The notes under the pieces are model-generated. The model ran no database searches. It saw only the letters and a program-made list of their open reading frames with translations, and was not told where the DNA came from. A DNA stretch of 32,000 nt. Origin: Bacteroidota bacterium. Its GTDB lineage: Bacteria; Bacteroidota; Bacteroidia; Chitinophagales; Chitinophagaceae. Where the stretch lies: NCBI GenBank assembly GCA_023423405.1, contig JAFAFR010000099.1, positions 16,293 to 48,292 of the forward strand, read 5' to 3'. Shown here in pieces: positions 1-14,180 of this stretch (its first letter is position 1; each line of letters starts with the position of its first letter). A program made the position numbers and the translations under genes.

Positions 1-1404
1 CGGGGGCTCGACCTCAGCGGCTTCTACAGCCAGCGCTTCGATAAAACAGGGCTCACCGTTTTCAGTTCTGCGAACTATAGTACGCCGTATGATCCCGCCG
101 GTATCGGCCTCACGGCCATTCCGCGTTTCAGCCGCTACACCATCCAGCCCAAGTTTTTTATCTACGGAAAAAATACCACGTTGAAAGTCGGCTTCAGCTA
201 TGTCACAGAAGCACGTACCGGCGGCAGCATGTCGTATATCAAAGACGATGTACCGGGATATTTTGAAAGGAACAATACCCGCCGTGGCACCACGCAGATT
301 GACCTGCAGCACCGCTTCAACGAGCGCACCAGCCTGCAGTTCAAAAACAGCTATTCCGGGTTTTATCGAAAGATCGCCATTCCTGCTTACCTCTTTGAAG
401 GCCGCCAGCAATCGAGCTATTCCGAACTGAACCTCAACACAAGAGCGGGCCGCACCACCTGGATAGCCGGACTCAACCTGCTGACCGATGATTTCAGCGA
501 AGTGCCGCACGCCACTACTGCGCTGCGCAATTACCACTACAATACCTGGGGACTCTTTTTGCAAAACACCTGGACACCCGCCGGAAAGCTCAGCCTTGAA
601 ACCGGCCTGCGCGGCGACTATGTACGGCAATACGGGTTTGAATGGCTGCCGCGAATCGCGCTGCTCTACAAAGCCGTTCCTGCATTAACCATACGGCTCG
701 GCGGAGGCATGGGATATAAAACGCCTTCGGTGTTCAATGAAGACGCAGAAAAAAGACAGTTCCAAAACATACTGCCGATAAACGAAGCTACTGCGCGCAA
801 TGAAAGATCCACCGGCGCTAACCTCGACTTCAACTACCGCACCAACCTGGGTGCCCTGGGCTTTTCGGGCAACCTGCTGTTTTATTATACCAGGCTGAAT
901 CATCCGCTGGTGATGCAGGATGCAGGAAGTGGCAACTACCAGTTTGTGAATGCAAATGGTCATATCGATACCCGCGGACTGGAAACCAACCTGAAGTTCC
1001 GTTACCACGATTTCAAATTATTTGTGGGCTATACTTATGCCGACGCGAATACCCATTACGACAACAGCAAAAGCTGGCTGCCGCTCACGGCGCGGCACCG
1101 CCTCAACAATGTGCTGATGTACGAAAAGGAAGACAATATCAAAATAGGATTGGAGGCTTATTATTTCAGTCCGCAGCAACTCTCCGATGGCGCCATGGGC
1201 CGGTCTTACTGGATCTGCGGATTTATGGTGGAAAAAGCCCTGGGCCCGGTATCGCTGTTCATCAATTTTGAGAACTTCCTGGATGTGCGGCAAACGCGCT
1301 TTGACACCATCTATACGGGCAGCATCGATAACCCCGTGTTCCGCGATATCTATGCACCGGTGGATGGTTTCGTGGTGAATGGCGGTTTTAAACTGCGGCT
1401 CTGA
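1..1404 (+). CDS. TonB-dependent receptor, C-terminal beta-barrel portion (5' end outside window)
   Basis: Frame 1 is open from nt 1, with no stop before the listed TTG at 181, so the ORF is cut by the window edge. The translation shows the alternating aromatic/polar beta-strand pattern of TBDR barrels (GLNLLTDDF, TRGLETNLKFRY, FVGYTYADA, terminal NGGFKLRL). Stop TGA at 1402-1404. Confidence 0.75.
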   Translation, partial: RGLDLSGFYSQRFDKTGLTVFSSANYSTPYDPAGIGLTAIPRFSRYTIQPKFFIYGKNTTLKVGFSYVTEARTGGSMSYIKDDVPGYFERNNTRRGTTQIDLQHRFNERTSLQFKNSYSGFYRKIAIPAYLFEGRQQSSYSELNLNTRAGRTTWIAGLNLLTDDFSEVPHATTALRNYHYNTWGLFLQNTWTPAGKLSLETGLRGDYVRQYGFEWLPRIALLYKAVPALTIRLGGGMGYKTPSVFNEDAEKRQFQNILPINEATARNERSTGANLDFNYRTNLGALGFSGNLLFYYTRLNHPLVMQDAGSGNYQFVNANGHIDTRGLETNLKFRYHDFKLFVGYTYADANTHYDNSKSWLPLTARHRLNNVLMYEKEDNIKIGLEAYYFSPQQLSDGAMGRSYWICGFMVEKALGPVSLFINFENFLDVRQTRFDTIYTGSIDNPVFRDIYAPVDGFVVNGGFKLRL

Positions 1405-1478
1405 AGGAAAAGATTTCGTAACTTTTTGTTGTGCAGCACGCGCACGAACACCCGCGCATCTGCACGCCGGGAATTACC

Positions 1479-1802
1479 ATGATCACGTGGAAAGCTTTCC
1501 AGGAACTGGCACTGTCCTTCCCGCATACCGAACAGGTGAAGCATTTTGAAAGAGAAGGTTTCAAAGTGACCGGTCGTCGCATGTTTGCTACCTATCTCGA
1601 AAAGGATCATACTGTTAACGTATTCCTGACACCTGCGGAGCAGCAGGTATTCTGTGCCATGTCGCCCGGGGCCATCTTTCCCGTTCCCAACAAATGGGGA
1701 GAAAAAGGAGCCACCACTTTTGTGTTGGAGCGGGTAGAAAAAGCCATCCTCCAGGAAGCCCTTGCTTCTGCGTATAACGATATCGTAAAACCGAAAAAAT
1801 GA
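1479..1802 (+). CDS. MmcQ/YjbR-family small protein (putative DNA-binding)
   Basis: The ORF track starts at 1431, but an ATG at 1479 (MITWKAFQELALSFPHTEQVKHFEREGFKV..RMFA) gives the size and N-terminal pattern typical of the YjbR family. The stop overlaps the next start (ATGA at 1799-1802). Family call is from motif memory only. Confidence 0.55.
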   Translation: MITWKAFQELALSFPHTEQVKHFEREGFKVTGRRMFATYLEKDHTVNVFLTPAEQQVFCAMSPGAIFPVPNKWGEKGATTFVLERVEKAILQEALASAYNDIVKPKK

Positions 1803-2188
1803 ACAAAGACGTCCAGTCCTACAACGAGGCCTTGTCTCCCGAAGATGCTGCCATCTGCCATTTACTGGCAACAGAGATCACGGCGCAACTGCCCGAAGCC
1901 GAGAACAAGATCTGGCACGCCCATCCCGTTTGGTTCCTCGATGGCAACCCTGTTGCCGGATACAGCAAGCTGAAAAATTGCATCCGCCTCCTGTTCTGGA
2001 GCGGGCAATCTTTTGACGAGCCCGGCCTGCAGGCCGAAGGAAGTTTCAAAGCAGCCGAAGCCCGCTACACGGCTGCATCGCAGGTGAACCGCGATGACCT
2101 GAAACGCTGGCTGGCCAAGGCCCGCGACATCCAGTGGGATTACAAGAACATCGTCAAAAGAAAAGGCCGGCTGGAAAGAATCAAATGA
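1799..2188 (+). CDS. DUF1801 (YdhG-like) domain protein
   Basis: 129-aa ORF coupled by a 4-nt overlap to the previous gene. The sequence (..ICHLLATEITAQLPEAENKIWHAHPVWFLDGNPVAGYSKLKNCIRLLFWSG..) resembles DUF1801 proteins. Confidence 0.55.
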   Translation: MNKDVQSYNEALSPEDAAICHLLATEITAQLPEAENKIWHAHPVWFLDGNPVAGYSKLKNCIRLLFWSGQSFDEPGLQAEGSFKAAEARYTAASQVNRDDLKRWLAKARDIQWDYKNIVKRKGRLERIK

Positions 2189-2301
2189 TCCTTTCATCCT
2201 TATTCTGTTCAACTAAAGAGGCTTCTTCTTAATTTAGCGCGGGCCGGTTGTTTCAATGGATCGCTGCCGGCCCGTCTCCCGCTTCGAGGAGGAAAGCGCT
2301 A

Positions 2302-2898
2302 ATGGACAACCAAACGACTGCTTCTTACCTGCAACACTGGCAGGCTTTTCGTCTGCACAACGAGCAAAGCCTCTATTGGCTCTATCACGCGGAATACGAC
2401 CGGTTCTATCGCTACGGACTGTTGTCCGCGCAGGACCCACACCTCGTAAAATCCGCCATCAACGCGGTTTTTATTGATCTCTGGACCCGTCGCCAGTCGC
2501 TGCCCGACGTAGAGAATGTGCGGGGTTATCTCTTCATCTGTTTCAAACGGCGGCTCTTCCATGCTTTGCGCGCGGAAAAAGACAATGCCGTATCCCTGCC
2601 CGAAAACTGGCCGCAACACCTCGCCGAATCATCCTACGAAGATGCGCTCATCGGTCATGAACTGGATGCACGTCGCAAAGAGCAGATTCGCCGGGCCCTG
2701 GATACACTTACCGAAAGGCAACGAAGCTGTATAAGGATGCGTTTCTTCGAAGAACTGAGTTATGAAGAGATCGCAGAGCAAACCAATACAACGGTCCGCA
2801 CGGTGTACAATACCATTCACAATGCCATTAACCGGCTGCGCCAGGAGCTGGGCGACCTGCCTTTATTGCTCGCCTGGCTGCTGATGCTGCCAACCTGA
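2302..2898 (+). CDS. ECF-type RNA polymerase sigma-70 factor (FecI-like)
   Basis: Region-2-like segment (YDRFYRYGL..AINAVFIDLWTRR) and region-4 HTH (LSYEEIAEQTNTTVRTVYNTIHNAINRLRQEL). ATG 2302 is preferred over ORF start 2248 because GAGGAGGA (2286-2293) lies about 10 nt upstream. It is followed by a FecR gene. Confidence 0.85.
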   Translation: MDNQTTASYLQHWQAFRLHNEQSLYWLYHAEYDRFYRYGLLSAQDPHLVKSAINAVFIDLWTRRQSLPDVENVRGYLFICFKRRLFHALRAEKDNAVSLPENWPQHLAESSYEDALIGHELDARRKEQIRRALDTLTERQRSCIRMRFFEELSYEEIAEQTNTTVRTVYNTIHNAINRLRQELGDLPLLLAWLLMLPT

Positions 2899-2985
2899 TA
2901 AGTTGCAGTTTGCCGGCCCCTTCAAAAAAAACTTCTTCTTTCTTTGGTAAAACCCCATCAGTTCCTCCCTCTTTATTCCTGAGCC

Positions 2986-4032
2986 ATGTTGAACAAACGA
3001 GATTATAGCATAGAAGACCTGCTGCTGGACGATTCATTTGTGCACTACTGCCTGGATACCCGGCCGGAAGCAGTGGCAGCATGGGAAGAATGGCTGGCCG
3101 AAAACCCCGACCAGTCTGTGAAACTGGAGGCGGCCCGGAAAATGCTGTTTTCGCTGGGCATAAGACTGAGCCCTGAAGAAAAAGAAGAACAGTTTGCCCA
3201 ACTCAAAGCTGCCGTGGAAGCCATGCGAAACGGCGGCGCCAGGCAGGAGCCGGAAAAAAGACTGCGACCCGTTGCCGGATTTTTCCGCTGGGCAGCAGGC
3301 ATAGCGGCCGCTGTATTACTTATTGCAACTGGTTTTTACTGGCATAAGCTCACGGCCCCCGTTACCGAGCAGGCAGGCGTGCTGGCCTATGAACGCTATA
3401 ACACCGGCGATGGAGAACGCAAACGCATTGAACTTGCCGACGGCTCTGCAGTGATATTGAATTCCAACAGCTCGCTGCGTATACCGGCATCGTATAACCG
3501 AAAAGACCGGCAACTGGAACTGGAAGGTGAAGCGCTTTTCGAAGTGGCAAAAGATGCCGCCCGGCCCTTTACCGTACACAATAACCAGTTGGACGTGCAG
3601 GCGCTGGGAACCGTTTTTAAAGTAAGGGCCTATGGCTTTGAACCCGCCATCAGAACGGCTCTGCTGGAAGGAAAAGTGAAGCTGGACGACCGGCGCACCA
3701 AAAGGCCGTCGCGCTTCCTGGCGCCGGGCGAATGGTTACAGGTTGCAGGAGCCGACCGTTCCGTGGAAGCAGGAACCTTCGACCTGGAAGAAGAACGCCT
3801 GTGGCAGGAAGGCCGCCTGATCTTCAGGGATGCTTCCCTGGAAGAGATCGGCCGGAAACTTCAATACTGGTATGGGATGGAAGTGAGGCTGCAGGCCCAT
3901 CCGGGCAAGGCAGTCCATTTTAACGGGGAATTCATGAACCGTTCCCTCGAAGAGGTATTGAAAGCGATCGCTTATGTTAACAATCTCAGATGCTCGATAA
4001 ATAACCAACAGATCACGATTCTCGATAGATAA
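2986..4032 (+). CDS. FecR-family anti-sigma factor / transmembrane sensor
   Basis: N-terminal cytoplasmic domain, one TM helix (FFRWAAGIAAAVLLIATGFYW), a FecR domain (ELADGSAVILNSNSSLR..LEGEALFEV..PFTV) and a C-terminal segment (SLEEVLKAIAYVNNL). It lies between the ECF sigma factor and an STN-bearing SusC. Confidence 0.85.
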   Translation: MLNKRDYSIEDLLLDDSFVHYCLDTRPEAVAAWEEWLAENPDQSVKLEAARKMLFSLGIRLSPEEKEEQFAQLKAAVEAMRNGGARQEPEKRLRPVAGFFRWAAGIAAAVLLIATGFYWHKLTAPVTEQAGVLAYERYNTGDGERKRIELADGSAVILNSNSSLRIPASYNRKDRQLELEGEALFEVAKDAARPFTVHNNQLDVQALGTVFKVRAYGFEPAIRTALLEGKVKLDDRRTKRPSRFLAPGEWLQVAGADRSVEAGTFDLEEERLWQEGRLIFRDASLEEIGRKLQYWYGMEVRLQAHPGKAVHFNGEFMNRSLEEVLKAIAYVNNLRCSINNQQITILDR

Positions 4033-4053
4033 CTAAACCTTTAATGCTGCTAT

Positions 4054-7000
4054 ATGATGAAAATGCAACTCGCTACCGGGTGGCGTTACTACCTGCTATT
4101 GCCCGCACTCTCGCTCTTTCTGCTAATGGACCTTCCCGCACGGGGACAGGTGAACCAACCATCCAGCCAGCAGGACAACAGTGCCGGTTCCAAAAAGCTG
4201 AACATGGGATTCAGCAACGCCGAAATACTGACCGTTTTCAACAGGGTCAGTGAAAAAACAAAACTGAAATTCTCTTACAACAACGACGACATCGATCGCT
4301 CGCGTCGCATCAACCTGGAGAAAAAAGAAAGAAGTCTCGATGAGTTGCTGCAGTTGGTGGGACAGCAATCCAGTCTTGAGTTCCGCGTCGACAAAGACCT
4401 CATCCTGGTGAAGCCCATGGGCGCGAAGCCTGCCGAAGCTTCGCAGCAACAGGAAGAAGTACGGGGCTCGGTGCGCGCTGCCAATGGCGATCCGCTTGCC
4501 GGCGCCTCCGTGAGAGTGCGCAATAGCAACTACGGTGCGGCCACGGATGACCAGGGTAATTTCGTGTTCCGGAATATCGCCGGCGATGCCATCCTGGAAG
4601 TATCGCTGGTGGGATACGATCCCCTCGTGGAACCGCTGAAAAACCGCAGCCAGTTGAACCTGGTGCTGGTACCCAGCAGCCGCCAGATGGAACAGGTAGT
4701 GGTGGTGGGTTATGGCACCCAGCGCAAAAAAGATGTGATCGGCGCCGTGTCTTCCGTGAATACAAAAAACATGGAAAAGCTTACCGGAGCCAATGTAGCC
4801 GGACTGCTGCAGGGCCAGGTGGCGGGTGTTAACGCGGCGCCCGGCTCGGGCGATCCCGGCGCACCCCCGGTTGTACTGGTGCGTGGGCTTTCGACCATCA
4901 ACAACAATGATCCCCTGTATGTGATCGACGGCATCCCGGGCGACATCAATGCCATCAACCCGGCCGATATCCAGTCGATCGATGTGCTGAAAGATGCATC
5001 GGCTGCTACCATCTATGGTTCACGGGCTTCCAATGGTGTCATCATGGTCACCACCAAACGCGGCCGCACGGGAAAAATCCTCATTGGCATCAACAGTTAT
5101 TATGGCGTAAGCAGCCTGGCGAAAAGGCTGCCCCTGGCCAACCGCGAACAATACAATAAAATCCTCAACCAGGTGGCTGTGAACGATGGTTCCACGCCGC
5201 TGGATTATGTGAGCTCCGACACCTATGTGGATGCCGACGGCCAAACGCAGCGCTATCCCGATACCGACTGGCAGTCGGAGTTCTTCCGGTCTGCCCCGGA
5301 GAGTAAAATAGACGTGTCCGTTTCAGGCGGTACCAAAGACATGCGCATGAACGTATCCTTCGGCCGCTACGCACAGGATGGCATTGCCATCAAATCAAAT
5401 TTTGAACGCTACAATATCCAGGTGAACTCCGACCTGACCAAGGGCAAATTCAAATTCGGGGAATCTTTCTCTTTTTCCAAAGCCCAGCGTCGCCTGCTGC
5501 AGGGATCCAATGAAAGCACGGATATTAACCAGAACGCCGGTTATCCGCTGATCTATGAAATGATCAACCGCGTTCCGCATCACAAATTGTACGACCCTAA
5601 CAACGATGGTGGTTTCGGCGGTCGCATTGGTTACCAGATGTCCGATGCGGTGAATCCCGTGGGATACCAGACCCTCGTGGTCAGCAGGGAAGAACCCAGC
5701 TATTTCATCGGCAACGTATTTGGCGAATACCAGATCCTGAAACCGCTTAGCTTCCGGCTGCAATACGGCTTTAATTCGAACGACGGCTATGCATATACCC
5801 ATATACCAACTTACTATATGGGAGATAAAGTACAGAATCCGAATACGCAACTCTACGAATCGCGCAACAGGCGTTTCCGCGATGTGCTGAATGCCGTACT
5901 CACCTATAACAAAGTGTTGAAAGAGGTGCACAGCCTGAATGTGATGGCCGGTTATTCGCAGGAGAGCGAAACCATAAAAAGTTTGTCGGGGAGCAATAAT
6001 AACCTGCCCTCCAACGACCTGTGGGCGCTTTCTTATGGAATCGGCGACAGGTCATCGGGTGGCTCTGTATTCGAAAGCTCCCTGCGCTCGCTGTTCGGCC
6101 GGGTGAACTATTCGTACGACGGGAAATACCTGCTGGGCGCCAATGTGCGTCGCGATGGCTCTTCCCGCTTTTCCAGTTCAAATAAATACGGAACCTTTTA
6201 TTCGGTATCAGGCGCATGGCGTGTAAGCGAGGAGAATTTTTTTAAGAATAACGTGGAGAATATCAGCGAACTGAAATTGCGCGCCAGCTACGGAATATTG
6301 GGTAACCAGAATATCCCGGACTATCAATACCTGCCTGCCGTCATCAATTCCGGAACACCAACCGTGAACTATCCCTTTGGCGGCGGACTGCGCCAGGGTG
6401 TGTCGGTGGGAGCTATTGTTACAGGAGCTACATCACCCGATATCCGCTGGGAACAATCGGCCACTTTCAACACCGGTCTCGATCTCTCCATCCTCAACGA
6501 GCGCTTATTGCTGATCGTGGATTATTTCCACACACGCACTTCCGATATGCTGGTGACCATTCCTTTGCCTCCCAGTTCCGGCTTGCTGGAGAACCCCATC
6601 CGCAATGGCGGTGAAATGACAAACCAGGGACTGGACCTGTCGCTTACCTATCGCAAGAACAATGGCGACCTGCGGTTTGATATCACCGCCAATGTGTCGA
6701 CCAGCCGCAACAAGATTGTGAAACTTGGTTATGCCGACGAATCTTTCACCGATGGATACATGGACTTCAATAACTATCCCACCACCCGTACGGAAGTAGG
6801 TGGAGAGATAGGTCGCTTCTACCTGTACCAAACGGCTGGGGTCATCAAAACCGAGAAGGAACTGCAGGAGGTGCAAACGCTGCAACCCAATGCGCAGTTG
6901 GGAGACCTCCGCTTCGTGGACGTCAACAACGATGGTGAACTGAACGATGCCGACAGAACCTTTATGGGCAGCGGTCTGCCGCGGATGGAATACGGTCTTA

Positions 7001-7458
7001 CTACCAATTTTTCTTTCCGCAATTTTGATCTCAATATTTTCTTCCAGGGCACGCAGGGCAACTATATGTACAACGGTGCTAAAAGGCTGATGTACCAGAA
7101 TACCATTTTCAACAAATCCACCGATCTGCTGAATGCCTGGTCGCCGCAAAACCCCAATAGTGATATTCCGCGCGTATCGGTGATCGATGCCAACGGTAAT
7201 ATGGCGCGTCCCTCGGATCTCTTCCTGGAAAAAGGATCTTATTTGCGCCTCAAGAGCATGCAGTTGGGATACCGGTTCACGGTGAAAGGATTCAATGTGT
7301 TGCGGGCTTATGTGGGCGCCACCAACCTTTTTACCATCACCAATTATTCCGGCTACGATCCCGGCGTCGTGAACTATTCGTCTTTTGCGCGGGGTGTTGA
7401 CAGGGGGCTGTATCCTTTGTCGCGCAGCATTTTCGCCGGACTGAACATTGAGTTTTAA
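4054..7458 (+). CDS. SusC/RagA-family TonB-linked outer-membrane transporter with N-terminal STN signalling domain
   Basis: 1134 aa. Signal peptide, then an STN-like domain at about aa 47-121 (nt ~4192-4416: FSNAEILTVFNRVSEKTKLKFSY..LILVKP). A CarboxypepD_reg-like domain follows (VRGSVRAANGDPLAGASVRV..GNFVF..LEVSLVGYD), then a plug with a TonB-box-like VVVVGYGTQRKKDVIGAVS. The barrel ends ..FAGLNIEF. Alternative ATGs at 4057 and 4063. Confidence 0.9.
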   Translation: MMKMQLATGWRYYLLLPALSLFLLMDLPARGQVNQPSSQQDNSAGSKKLNMGFSNAEILTVFNRVSEKTKLKFSYNNDDIDRSRRINLEKKERSLDELLQLVGQQSSLEFRVDKDLILVKPMGAKPAEASQQQEEVRGSVRAANGDPLAGASVRVRNSNYGAATDDQGNFVFRNIAGDAILEVSLVGYDPLVEPLKNRSQLNLVLVPSSRQMEQVVVVGYGTQRKKDVIGAVSSVNTKNMEKLTGANVAGLLQGQVAGVNAAPGSGDPGAPPVVLVRGLSTINNNDPLYVIDGIPGDINAINPADIQSIDVLKDASAATIYGSRASNGVIMVTTKRGRTGKILIGINSYYGVSSLAKRLPLANREQYNKILNQVAVNDGSTPLDYVSSDTYVDADGQTQRYPDTDWQSEFFRSAPESKIDVSVSGGTKDMRMNVSFGRYAQDGIAIKSNFERYNIQVNSDLTKGKFKFGESFSFSKAQRRLLQGSNESTDINQNAGYPLIYEMINRVPHHKLYDPNNDGGFGGRIGYQMSDAVNPVGYQTLVVSREEPSYFIGNVFGEYQILKPLSFRLQYGFNSNDGYAYTHIPTYYMGDKVQNPNTQLYESRNRRFRDVLNAVLTYNKVLKEVHSLNVMAGYSQESETIKSLSGSNNNLPSNDLWALSYGIGDRSSGGSVFESSLRSLFGRVNYSYDGKYLLGANVRRDGSSRFSSSNKYGTFYSVSGAWRVSEENFFKNNVENISELKLRASYGILGNQNIPDYQYLPAVINSGTPTVNYPFGGGLRQGVSVGAIVTGATSPDIRWEQSATFNTGLDLSILNERLLLIVDYFHTRTSDMLVTIPLPPSSGLLENPIRNGGEMTNQGLDLSLTYRKNNGDLRFDITANVSTSRNKIVKLGYADESFTDGYMDFNNYPTTRTEVGGEIGRFYLYQTAGVIKTEKELQEVQTLQPNAQLGDLRFVDVNNDGELNDADRTFMGSGLPRMEYGLTTNFSFRNFDLNIFFQGTQGNYMYNGAKRLMYQNTIFNKSTDLLNAWSPQNPNSDIPRVSVIDANGNMARPSDLFLEKGSYLRLKSMQLGYRFTVKGFNVLRAYVGATNLFTITNYSGYDPGVVNYSSFARGVDRGLYPLSRSIFAGLNIEF

Positions 7459-7487
7459 TACTATTTCTAACGAATCAATTTTTGGCA

Positions 7488-14172
<6,685 letters not shown>

Positions 14173-14180
14173 TTCCGCAT

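Noticed and set aside
2240-2274. 8-bp GC stem CGGGCCGG / CCGGCCCG with a 19-nt loop between the DUF1801 gene and the sigma gene, considered as a terminator.
   Set aside because: No T-tract follows it, and the loop is long. It may be regulatory or fortuitous in GC-rich DNA, and the support is insufficient to call it a terminator.
2248-2301. Upstream extension of the ECF sigma ORF. The same issue arises at 1431-1478 for the YjbR-like ORF, and with the TTG starts at 7482 and 16509.
   Set aside because: Downstream ATGs give family-typical N-termini. For the sigma factor, a GGAGGA element sits at appropriate spacing from ATG 2302. The extensions add non-conserved-looking residues.
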